DNA from: Phoronis australis
Taxonomy: Eukaryota > Animalia > Phoronida
NCBI GenBank assembly: GCA_002633005.1
Contig: NMRA01000107.1
Span: 1-64,000 of the forward strand
Direction of reading: 5' to 3'
DNA length: 64,000 bases
Shown here: piece by piece, positions 38,201-49,124 of the stretch
Layout: each line of letters opens with the position of its first letter
Numbering within the stretch: position 1 is the first letter of the stretch
Notes under the pieces: model-generated
What the model saw: the letters and a program-made list of their open reading frames with translations, nothing else
The model's database searches: none
Told to the model about the DNA's origin: nothing
Program-made: the position numbers and the translations under genes

Positions 38201-41200
38201 TGGTCAAATCTGACTGCTGTGCAGTCTCATAGTGGCGATTTTGTTTTTTCTCTACGTTTGTCTTGATATATATCAAGTTCCTTGTCAGATTGTCACGAAA
38301 TTAAGTAAATAAGCCACTGTCATGTAGATGACAGCATAAGCCCTGTTTCAGGCTGAATTAACCTATGTCGCTCATTTTTATGTTTTTTGTATCTATTCTT
38401 TGTTGCCCACCTTCCTATGCTCCAAGGATTCATCAGAAGGAATCATGATGGAAGTTGGCAGATGAATTCCTATTGAGGAGAGCATCACAGACTTGCTTTT
38501 TTACTCCCTAGAGGCTATTTTAGATTTACTGGTGTGTTTAAAATAGTACCGCAGATTTGATAAAAATCCCAGTTCTCTACAAATTACCACGCACACATCT
38601 GAGCTCACTCTCTAAGATCAACCTGACCTCTCATTCCATTAAATATTTATGGAACGACCAGCCTGGATTTCGTAATTTTGTACGGTATTTCCTTGCATTT
38701 TTCGTTGCTCAAAGTGTCAAAATGCACGATACAGATCTTAGTGGTCTTTATTTAAGTTTTGTCAGCAGTAACGTCTTGTTGTGGCCACGAAGTTATTCTG
38801 TGCATGTTGCGGGGGTGTAGTAATGGGCATCAAAGAATACCAAGGCATGGAAATGCTGCTCGTTACTGAAACCATTATCACAGCCATTCAGCACGCCGTA
38901 TTTCAGCATTGCATCGAAGTTTGACAGTCAGCCTGATCTTTGATTAGTTGTTTAAGTTGGTCTTTAACTAAAAGTACAGAACAGTAATCATACTAACGGT
39001 GTTACCATGAAGTAGTACAGAACCAACACTCCAGGTTCCATGTTCATTAGGCTGGCTAATGTCAGCTACCATGCATTCTGTCAGCTGTCAGGCATTCTGT
39101 CAGTGTGTCATGCATTCAGGTTTGTTTAAAATGTCCTTATTTGGATGATTATACTACTTTGTGGTGATCGGTCTAGAAAATTCTGGGGCGCCCAAAAGCC
39201 CACGAGCGTTGGGAGGCGTAAAAATATGTTTTAATTTATTGTTGACAGTGTAAAGTAAAATGTATGGTATGTGTCGTGCAATCTGTCTGTTGTGAGCATC
39301 CTGTAAATTTTGATAGCTGAGTTCTCACGCTAACGGGATTCGGTAGGAAAGCCTTTTTGTAACTTGCAGAGTAAGCAAACAAGAGGCTAATCTAAGTCGA
39401 GTGAAAATATCTCATGCCGGTATAAGGCATGTGGAACTCATGATTTTGTAGAAAAACATGCCATGATGGTCATGTGACTACATACGTCTATGCATTATTT
39501 TTGTGCATATTACGTTGCTTTGATCATCCAGGATTTTAGAAATTTTCCACAAGGGTCGAAAAGGATCCTTAAAGGTATTCAGACAGTTTCTTGGTGAACA
39601 GAGCTGGGCAATATTCTTGCCTAAAATTCCGATTATTGATTATAATCAATGATCTGTTTGGTGAACGCTGTCTGATCATCAGTTATAACAGTCTGTCTGA
39701 TCCCATCAATCACTGACTGGGAGAATGTAGAGACCAATTAGTAGCTTTATTGATTGCCACCTTACTTATCACACCTCTCTTAATCCAGGAACAAATGTGT
39801 GTATTGGCATTCTTGTCTGCTTTGATGTACACTTAATGAGGACGCATAATGCACTTCATTAGTCCATGATAGTTAATACACCTTTGATGTCCAAAACTTT
39901 ATCATCTTGGCCTATAGGTTACTTTTTGCGGCATGGGAAATTCAGAACACAATGCAACGGAACTGTAGTCGGACATTAGATTTTATCAAGATTTACAACA
40001 AAGAAAACTGGAGAAAACCTTTCAGCGCTTATACTTTTATACAGTTGTCATTAACAAACACAAGATGAAATTTGATCCATTTTAACCCTGCGCTTAGCTT
40101 TTGAAAAATATAAAAACGACAATTTTTTGACAATTCTTATTGAATTTGAGTAAATTTTACTGTAAAGGACCATAATTAGATTCTTACATTACAGTATTTG
40201 TAGAGTCTGGTATCAATCTGATCATGCCTCAATTAGTAAAATGAACTGAATGTTTAGGGAGCAATCCTTAAACACAATGGTGTTGTGTTCCATACGACTG
40301 TTTGTCCTGCATTATCATGGTGACACAAGCTTGTGCCAAAAGACTACTTCACTGTATCATTTGATTTGTCTTGACTTGAGTATGGTAAAAATTCTCCAAT
40401 TTGGGAAATTCTCCAGACTTTGGAATTCAGAAACTCTAGCAAAAAATGAATTTTCTTGAGTCTGGAATTTGGGAGAAAGGCGATTTTGGCATTCATCCAA
40501 TTTTTTCAAACATCAGACAATGTGTTTTAAATCTACAGGGTGTGTGGTTTTGCTGTCTTTCGTGTGATTATTGAATTTGGGACAGCCAACATGACCTATT
40601 TCAAGAAATTGGGACAAGCTCTGACCTTGAGCAAAACTCAGACTATATATATCTGAGAGCAAAATAATCAATTTTCACTGTCCCAAATTGGAGAATTTGT
40701 ACCATAACTAAATCATGTGTTCTTGTGTTCCTAACTCATGACTAGGATAGCTGTACCTGGATGGATTAGGGAGTTTGTATTGAACTCTGGTGTGAAACAG
40801 TGATGGTTTCCTGAGGTACCTAATATAGGGAAAATCTGCCTTTGTTTACTGACCTGTGAGGTTAGTCTCCACATGTCTGCTCACAACTTATTGCATTATA
40901 TAGGAGGGCATTGCTACAGTTCACACTAGGGGCACATACTATTTGTCTCTCTAACAATAGGCTGGGTCATGGCATACTGTCTTGGGATTATCTCTATGTG
41001 TTTGTACCTTTTCATTAGTGGAGACCACAAATATTTTAGGAATTGTGTCACTGTTGTCCCCCAGTATACAAACAGCAGATATTATAATTGCCTTGTGCTC
41101 TTGGTACACAAATGTTCTTCAGAGAAATAATTTACAGTATCTTGAATTCCTTTATTGTTAATGGTTCTTTCCCATTAGGGCCTACCATTGATGCTTGGGT

Positions 41201-44200
41201 GTTTAATGGAGCGTTGGTCAGTGGTGGAATACTTAATTGTCTCTTGCACTGAAGTTAAAATTGCTAGATAACTTGGGTGTAACCTTGGAATTTTGTCATA
41301 TTATGTCAATGTTTTGTTCATGTATTCCCTGCTGTACTACTGTGTTTTCATTCAGTTTTATATTTAAACAAATCAGCATCCTTAAAAAGCTTCAAGTTTA
41401 AATTGGCAGCACTGCCTTACAATAACTTGGCTGATTCTGACAATTTGGTTCGTGTGCACCAGTTTGACTGGTTCAATAATTTGTCACTGCTAAAAATCAC
41501 CAGACCTCCCAACAAAAATATGTAGGCTGTCCTTAAAACACCATGTCTTTGTGGTTGATACCTCAGCTCCAACAATGTACGAATTTCATATTCTACAGAC
41601 TTTTTATTCCTGACCCACTCTTGCGTTTCAAATGATCAGAGTTACGATGCAAATCGTGAAGCTAAATTGCCAGTCAGTTCCCACCATGAATTGTCAAAAA
41701 ATGCCTTTAAACACACGAATGCCTGTTCCATGAATTTTGAGTTTTACAATTCAAACACCCAGATAAACACAGACATCCACCCAGTTTCTCTGACTCAATT
41801 CTCAGACCATTGTCACTGAAGCCATTCCTCTATATCAGTCCATTAATCTCACAACAAAGCTTGACTGATTCTTGGAAGCCATGTGCATATACCAATATTC
41901 TCTGGTTGTTTTGTGTTTTCATTGAACTGTTTGATTTGCTTGTTTTGTGCTCCTTAAATGAAGAGCCCAGATTGCATTTTACTCAGAGCATAGGAAATTC
42001 CTTATATGAACCTTTTGTTCAACTCTACTGGTCTGTGCTTAACGCTCATTACAGACCAGGATTTGGCTGCATTGATCACACTGACATTGTGTGGTTGACA
42101 CAAAAGAGGCATTCTTCTGATGAATAGCCTACTTGCTTATTTATTAACTTTTGCCTTTATTCCCCATGTCTTGTTTTTTCCTTTCTGGGCTTCAATGGGA
42201 AGTAGGTTCACTACTGTGAAAAGAATGGAATTCCATGAAATTCCATAAGGGAAGGGAGATTAGGTATGTTACAATATATTCTGTAGATAGTGAGGAAGTT
42301 GATTTTGATTTGTGGGAAGTTTTCAAAGTAAATGTTATACCCGTGAATAGCTTCACTCATGCCAAATTTCATTGTCCTAAGTGTCATACATGTACGTGGA
42401 TGCTATGAAACCTTAAATGCCAGAAATATACAGTAAAAATGACATAATTTAAGGCAATGAAAAAAATAATTTTCTAAAATTTACTATTTGCTTCTCATAG
42501 GAAAATATATGGTATTTTGAATTAGTATGCAAATAATTAGTATGCGAATAATTAGTATGCAAATAATTAGTATGCAAATAATTAGTATGCAAATAATTAG
42601 TATGCAAATAATTAGTATGCAAATAATTAGTATGCAAATAATTAGTATGCAAATAATAAAGAAATTGAAGCACCATAATACCTTCATCTACTGCTTTGAA
42701 TTTCTTCTAATATCGTACATTCTATTTTTTTTTCAACAAAATGGTCATTTTTTCAAACTTGGCTGATTACTTTATTCCAAGTTACTGAAATTTAATACCA
42801 CAAGTTTCTATGTAATAGACTGAAATTGTATTGAGCTTCATTTTTAAATTCTTTTTATTGATGAAATAAAATTTGGCTAGTCTGCCATATTGCTTGCTAA
42901 ATAGAAGATGAATACTCACTGTTAATATGAAATGTATTACCTTAGCATTTCCACTGTGTCTGTTGTTTCAGATATGACTGCCTTTGTAGAAGTGTTGGGG
43001 CAAATACTTTCTTTATGGGCCAAGCGAAAAATCCCTGTAGAAAATCTGGATATAAGGTATGTCTATTTCAGGCATTGACTATCATTCATATTGTTGACTT
43101 TGGTTACATTGTTATGGTAAAATCGCACCAATTTCGAACAAAAATACTTTCCAAAATTGTACTTTTTTCATTTTTCAAGGGTTACTAAGATTGTTGTTAA
43201 TGCTTACAAATTTTCAAAATGTTTTCTATCAGTAGTAATGGTGCAAAACTTGGACATGACGAAGCATAATGAAAAAATGAGAAAATAAAATTTCCCGTCT
43301 GCCATACTGCATCCTAAACTGGTGAGATTTAACAGTGCAAAGATTTCCGTAACAATGTATTTGTGACTTGATGGTTATGGAAGACAGTGACTTCTGCTGT
43401 TAGCTTAGCTCTGACCGTTCTACCATTCCAGCTCCTTTTTATGTGAGTTGCAAGCACTCCTGACAACTTTTGATGATGAAGTAGAAGTTTGTTTTTATCT
43501 AAATACAAAGCTTCTTGATTCAGTAAATGTATGTGCTGTCTCTGTTGAAATAGAATTTGATTATTCCAAGATCATTTTGTGGAAAGATCTATGTACTGTT
43601 GAGCGTGTAGAGGACACTTTACGTGGTTTACAAAAGTCTTGAGTAAGATCAACGAAAATAGTATAATTGTTTCCGGTCTGCTTTTGAAAATTGGTTCTGC
43701 CGTGCAGTGATTTTTATTGCCCGTATTCTCAAAAAGAAAAGTCATTCAGTGCGAGCTGAACTGGGCCGGGGTCCGTCTTTTAATTATGAGGTACAGGTCT
43801 CTATGAGCTGGATGCAGACCAGAACAAGCCTAAGATGAGAAATGTTCCAGCCCACAAAGGCATGTTAAGCTCTACTATAGAGTAGCATTTGCTGGGGATC
43901 AAATTGGGATGCAATTAAGCAGAAATGCATTTGAATCATATTTGCAATCCTAAGTTGTGTTGATTTTATTTTAAATGTGTTTAGTCCTTGAAGTAATTTC
44001 AAACATGTGTTTCATTGAGACGAGAATTTTGCGAAAATTCAAAAAACATACAGAATTCGCTTCATGAAATACCGCCATGTATTAAAAGCAAAGCATGTAA
44101 TCACTTTAGCATCTTTAGCGAGAGTCTTCCCTCTAAGAAACTCTAACAGGATTGTACCATAATTGAAAGTATTCCTGCCTTGTATAATATGGCAAAAGGA

Positions 44201-47200
44201 ACACAGGTTTTGAGCTACATGAAAGCAACACGAAAATTGTTATTTATCTGTGGCGTTTGTTTATCCGTCATTTTGAATTGGCTTTAAATGCCTTTGCTAA
44301 ACCCATACTATCCCTCAAGTAAACAATTACCCCACTCAGTAATCAGCTGTGTAGACTATATTAACTATATGTACTGGGCACGGTCTTGTTTTCTGTTTTC
44401 GAAAACAGGCCACCAGGTGGAGCTGTGACCCAACACTTACAAATTCTTTGGTTATATGGCTTGTCAGATATATAAATGACTGCATTTGATTGAGTCAAGT
44501 GGTTAAGTCATCTGATTGGTCTGTAAGTTGGAATTCATCATCAAGAACCAATCAGATGATGAATTCCAGCTTACAGACCAATCAGATGTCTTAGCGAGCT
44601 GACCCAACGGAACCGGCAACGTCAATTAAGTGCAGTCATTGTTTTTAAAACTTCTGGGGCCTTTTTGTGTATTCTGGACCATAAATGCATTGTTTACGAT
44701 TCAGCTCGCCTGTTTTTTAAATCTTATTATTTCAAATGTTCTAGTGTCAAAGAATTAGTTCAAAACACAGTGAAACAAACAGATGGGATTATGTCTCATC
44801 ATTCTCACTGTCTTTGTCACCTGCAACCCAATATACTCAACCCAGGAGTGCTGGGTTACAAAACAGTGTGCCAGAAAATAAACAGCTAGGAGTATGTGCC
44901 TAGGGAAAGGAATATTCTAATTTATTGGCAAGTGCCCTACACCAATGTTAGATATGACTACGACTTCTTATAAAATTCTAAAGTTGGGCCAATGAAACTT
45001 GCCCAGTTAAATGTCTAGAAAACATATCAATTTATTTTAGACAAGGTCATTTTACAATTAAAAACATTTCAGGATTTTTAGGCACTGATTTACATTACAG
45101 TCAGACCAATTTTTAACTTGTAACTACCTAAGTATGACTTACATTTTCGAAAATAATCATTTTTCGTATTTACTATGGTCGAAAATTATTTTCTATGACA
45201 AGTCACCACTTTTGTTTATTTTTGTCTTTGCTTATTCCAGTCCTCCCCTTTGTCAGCCAAAGCTATCTACTTCCTGTTTTGAAATCATTAATTTAGTTTG
45301 TGGTTTTACCATGAGTTGATCTATAATGACTTGTTTCCCCGAATCTTGTGGGTGGTTGTATGTCTGTCTGTTCTCCACCAGATTACTGATCTCACATTTC
45401 ATCAACCTTGTCACATTTCGTGTTGTTATCACAGTTTAGTGCTGTAGTCACTTCAAATAACACTGCTCTGTACCTTACATCACTCCCACGTCAATAACCT
45501 TGCATTGTGAGATGCTTGTAGGCATCCACAATTTTGAAAAGCTTAGTGAGGTATAATAAATCGTTCTCCACTTGTTCAACTTTACTTGCACAGAACAAGA
45601 TTAACTCCTGGAACAGATTGTCATTAGGTTTAGTAGCAGGTTTGACACTACTTGCGCGGGGACAATTTGACTTACCCTTTCTTATCAAAGTTGGGTGACT
45701 TGTTTTAGGGATACTTGCCTGTGCGGAAGCTATAGAAGGACAAAAACCAGCAAACGAGGCTGAAGCAAGTGCCAGTTGTGCACTTGTTCAGTTACACACA
45801 GGGGGTGTCAAATCATTTTTGTGGGGGGGGGGCTTTTGCTCTTGGGCAAGTTTTCTAGGGTAACTCCTAGTGTGGGCACTATTGTTGGTTAATGACCATA
45901 CTTTTGGGAAATTGGGTCAATCTTACAATGTATTTTTCTACCTCCGCCAATGAGTATAGTAGAATCTGAAAAATTGTTTAACACTTTTGACTCATGTAGG
46001 AAATGTTACATTTTACGGTTAGGCTGGCATAGAAAATGTTAAATACAAACGTTTTACGCTTATACTCATGTTGGAAATGTTTCACACTTGGTCTCATGTA
46101 GAAAATGTCTTTTCCGGTTGGGTTCCTCCGTGTGAGTAGGCTAAGAAATCCGATTGGTTCTCGGTCGTGACTTCCGGCTTATAAACCAATCACATGCCTT
46201 AGCTGGTTGACCAAGTGGAACCAGTAGAGTTAATCAAGTACATCCATCGAAAGCTGATAAACCATGGAGAAGTGCATCGTAAAAGGCTCGGTGTCAAAAA
46301 GACGCTGCATTTTGATCATCATTTTGTGTTTAGTCATCTACCACATCATTGGTAATAAATGTAACTTCAAAAAATTCTGCTAAGATCCACAAAAGAATGA
46401 AAGTGAAACAAAAGAGCAATGCATAGGATCCATTTGTTCTCTAACACTCATCCAATTACATCATTTCTAACCTGAGGCAGAATTTAGGCACAGATATTGA
46501 TTGGTGGTAAATCCCAGAATCCCCCAGAGAATGCCAACAGACAAACAAGTAATTAGCCAGTAGTGGCAGTCTAGCTGGCTATCTGCCAGCAGACTTCTCT
46601 TTGTCTTGTCTTGTATTGCTTATGGCTTAGACTGAAGCTATTACACTGCCACTGTGGGGCTGGCTGGAAGGTTGTGATTGGGAAACTGATAAGTTGTCAT
46701 TATAAAGCCCAGTATCAGTATGTAGTGTCATTGACAGTTTCATCTCACTGGCCTCTCTACCAATGGCGATGGTCAACAATCATTTGGGAGTACTGGCAAA
46801 AGTTTGTAAACAAATGATAAGTGAAATTTATGTCTTTTATGACATATGGTAATACAATGGTTCACAAAAATTCTGAACTTTAAAAATTTAATTACATAAT
46901 CTGTCACATGTCAGTATCCTTTGATGGATTTCTTTTGTACAAACCATTATTTGCTGTTCCTTTGTTCATTTGCTGTTCCTTCCACTTATTTTTAGAAACA
47001 TGGTAAAACCAATTTCATTGCTAACTAGTTTTGTTAAAACGACCAAATTATGCTCTTTCAACATGAAATTAACTCTTTACAAATTAACAGGATTCAATTT
47101 TAATTTTAATTTAATTTCTTGTGGCGTAAACTTACTAACAGTGGGACAATTACTCTATGGATACACAGCATGTGGGCAAATACCGTTGTATGAGAGAGGG

Positions 47201-49124
47201 GGCAGTGGTTTTTTAGGCAGTAACAATCAGATCAGGCCTGTTTCCTTGTATTTTGACTGGGACCAGATTGGACAGTGACATTGACGTTTTGAAGTACTGA
47301 GCAACGACGGAAGTGAACATCTGTGTTATCATAATAATTAATGGCTTGTAATTTGACTAATTATCTGAGTCATTTGATTTGTTTATTAGTTCTTGGGCTG
47401 ATCACCAAAAGATAGTTCTTTTATCTGAACTGCAAACGACTAGTCCGATACAACATGCCCACATTTTGAGAACCAGTTTGATGTCCATTATTCAGTAGAG
47501 GAAACTGGTTCTACAAATGCAGGCACAAAATGTACAATAACTACTGATATCTTTGGATGTTATTCCTTGAACATGCTTCCCACTTTTGAATCTGCTGAGT
47601 CGTCCACATTTTATTTTAGTTCTGAGTTCAGAAGCTGTATTAATAAGAAGATAAGAAGTTATTTCAACAATTTAAAAGTTAAAAAGATTAAATAGCCACT
47701 GAAAGTGTAACATCACTGTATTGATGTAGTCTAGATTTCACCATGTTGGTTCTAACTAGACTTCGAATCAAATGTTGTAACTGGAAGTGTAACTCTGTTT
47801 TGGTAAAGATTTGTTTTATGTGCTAATCTGTGGTTCACACCTGCTGTGTGGACATTAGCTTCAACTCGTTTTTTTTGTAATTTTGGTGTAAGTGAGTAGG
47901 CCACTGCCATATTGTTTGTTTTCAGCTTGAAGGTTCTGTAAAGAATTTTCAAATTAGAACACAATGAGACTGATCAGTGAAATTTTATTTTGTCAAAATT
48001 TTGAACAAGAGTAATAAAGAAGACAATTTTACTGAAAATTCTATATACGAATGAATGTCATCAAAAAACACAATGAAATTTGGAACATTTTTGACCAAAC
48101 AGTGAGCATTTGAAAAATAAGAAATGACAATTCTTGTTAAAATTTTATTCGACTTTGAGTAAACTTTACTGTAGTTGCTTAGGGGGTGTAATGTAATCAC
48201 TTTCCATCCTTATAAACAAATTACTGATGTTGACAGTGTAATTTCATCTCAGTGTATGAATGAGGTGACGAACTATTATTAGTTAGTATTTGTATATTGA
48301 TTTTTTAATTTAGATCACGAATGCATTTTTTCTGTCTTTGTCACTTTGTCTCTTGAGATTATGTGATAAATTATTTGCGTAATAACTTTCCAAACATACT
48401 TTAGTTGAGTAAAACATTATCACAATGCAATGTAGAGTATGGACTTAGGGAGTCATAGAAGTTGTAATCGGAGCCTCTTTGAGGAAATAGAGATTACTGT
48501 AAACATCAACAATAATCGAGGGAAATCACCATGATTCTCTGTCATGCCATCTGATCACTAACTGTATTCACCATGACAACTGCAGTGTGGTAACTCAGTT
48601 GGGCCAATTTGTTTTGAGTATACAACAGTCACTTTTAAGCAATCACAATTATAACACTGTTCGCAAGACAGAAGAGGACACAACCAAAATGACAATTCCA
48701 GGTCGAAATTTTCTCCTAAAACAAAAAGCAGTTATTATTAATGTAGGATTCAAGGAAAATGAAATAAACTTTGAAGTGTCTGGTTCCCTTACAAGATGGT
48801 CAGGGAACAGGCAGCAGTTTGCTTGTGTGAAATTTCACTCTGATGATTTTTTATGAAATGTCTTCTTTTGATTTCAGCAATAATGAAGCAAGCTATGAAG
48901 ATTTGATCAATTTGAAAGAGGTTTTGATGTCTTCTTGTTGTGAATGTGACGTGAAGTTAATACAGAGGTTAAACATAGAGAGAACCATAAGATTGAATGT
49001 GCAAATAGCTGACAACTTTCAGCAATTGAAAGCAGATATGAGTCAACTTGTCGAGAAATTGGAGGCAGACAGTTATGAAAAGGGGCGATCTTCAATACAG
49101 TATGAACATATGGCGCTGATGTAG
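23117..49124 (+). CDS. LRRC41: LRRC41/MUF1-like protein (N-terminal BC-box/Elongin-A-like region plus LRRs), multi-exon gene, ~565 aa (~596 aa with the doubtful exon)
   Basis: join(23117-23210,24705-24797,25827-25982,28482-28913,31248-31359,31875-31948,33454-33630,34091-34240,36021-36098,[38023-38115],42972-43056,48878-49124). All introns GT-AG and phase-compatible. N-term VPPLQEISLVFIAKCM..FPTHLLEMLLPYIDECDLHTLE..GINTESTWKAYW; LRRs such as HPSLRNLSLQGC and VENLDISNN; C-term YEHMALM* resembles the LRRC41 end (ADYVSTM* in human, from memory). Confidence 0.75.
24705..24797 (+). CDS. LRRC41: LRRC41-like exon 2 (GFPTHLLEMLLPYIDECDLHTLETQGFWKHF)
   Basis: tttcag| acceptor, |gtatga donor, phase 1-1, cullin-box-like xPxxLLxxLLP. 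Confidence 0.8.
25827..25982 (+). CDS. LRRC41: LRRC41-like exon 3 (GINTESTWKAYWSNK...RLRKVL)
   Basis: tttcag| acceptor, |gtgagt donor, phase 1-1. Confidence 0.75.
25981..26426. repeat. 39-bp minisatellite (~11 copies) at the start of LRRC41 intron 3
   Basis: tgtgtgggtttgaggtgtatgtcaagaagggaaca(t/c)agc tandem; explains the periodic ORFs at 25948-26452. Confidence 0.95.
26655..28050 (+). mobile_element. Old HINE/Helentron-like element remnant in intron 3
   Basis: Starts ttttatgtacccgc; recurring gatatct..agaac..ttga(c/t)ggatttcaatgaaac and cccctagtggcc modules similar to family B internal repeats. Confidence 0.5.
28482..28913 (+). CDS. LRRC41: LRRC41-like exon 4 (YTAANDVFQCRCNL...TWRSLEQIVLATK)
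   Basis: ttccag| acceptor, |gtacgt donor, lies within ORF 28379-28945, LRR-like LKHLRLSYI and VRKLDIVDC. Confidence 0.85.
31248..31359 (+). CDS. LRRC41: LRRC41-like exon 5
   Basis: ttctacag| acceptor, AG|gtacat donor, phase 1-2, open frame. Confidence 0.7.
31875..31948 (+). CDS. LRRC41: LRRC41-like exon 6
   Basis: ttcacag| acceptor, |gtaagt donor, phase 2-1 bridges exons 5 and 7. Confidence 0.7.
32700..33420. repeat. 40-bp minisatellite (~18 copies) in LRRC41 intron 6
   Basis: gtgtcattatcttgtggttctgcagtgtaacattgtctta tandem, ending ~30 nt before the exon 7 acceptor. Confidence 0.95.
33454..33630 (+). CDS. LRRC41: LRRC41-like exon 7 (FVVVEHLEFEDF...SLRSLVCTKL...)
   Basis: ctctag| acceptor, |gtaagt donor, phase 1-1, open frame. 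Confidence 0.75.
34091..34240 (+). CDS. LRRC41: LRRC41-like exon 8 (YKGLRKLVWEP...DQLEVFHLSRHPF)
   Basis: tttgtag| acceptor, G|gtatgt donor, phase 1-1, LRR-like. Confidence 0.75.
36021..36098 (+). CDS. LRRC41: LRRC41-like exon 9 (VQSQRFIETVGNHPSLRNLSLQGCLT)
   Basis: tttatttcag| acceptor, |gtaagt donor, clear LRR motif. Confidence 0.8.
38023..38115 (+). CDS. Doubtful in-frame cassette exon (SGDLSWPHVKPLEVKFTDDDFRTGQTTLEPS)
   Basis: 93 nt, phase 1-1, strong |gtaagt donor, but weak acceptor and no LRR pattern. Confidence 0.3.
40383..40704. mobile_element. MITE with 24-bp TIRs and TA flanks
   Basis: TGGTAAAAATTCTCCAATTTGGGA ... TCCCAAATTGGAGAATTTGTACCA (1 mismatch), TA on both sides; related ends at ~50920-50945 and ~52135. 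Confidence 0.75.
42521..42655. repeat. 15-bp tandem repeat x9 (ATTAGTATGCAAATA) containing the octamer motif
   Basis: Nine units, eight with perfect ATGCAAAT; explains the MQIIS and HTNYL periodic ORFs. Confidence 0.95.
42972..43056 (+). CDS. LRRC41: LRRC41-like penultimate exon (MTAFVEVLGQILSLWAKRKIPVENLDI)
   Basis: gtttcag| acceptor, AG|gtatgt donor, phase 1-2; splicing to the last exon creates ENLDISNN. Confidence 0.8.
44474..44641. mobile_element. Palindromic MITE-like element with 34-bp inner stem
   Basis: 44509-44542 pairs with 44555-44588; outer arms aatgactgca..ttga / tcaa..tgcagtcatt; a related diverged copy lies at ~46135-46245. Confidence 0.7.
48878..49124 (+). CDS. LRRC41: LRRC41-like terminal exon (SNNEASYEDL...IQYEHMALM*)
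   Basis: tttgatttcag| acceptor, phase 2, within ORF 48843-49124, TAG stop. Confidence 0.8.

Noticed and set aside
42449-42766. MQIIS/HTNYL/ILIIC repeat ORFs
   Set aside because: Translations of the 15-bp tandem repeat
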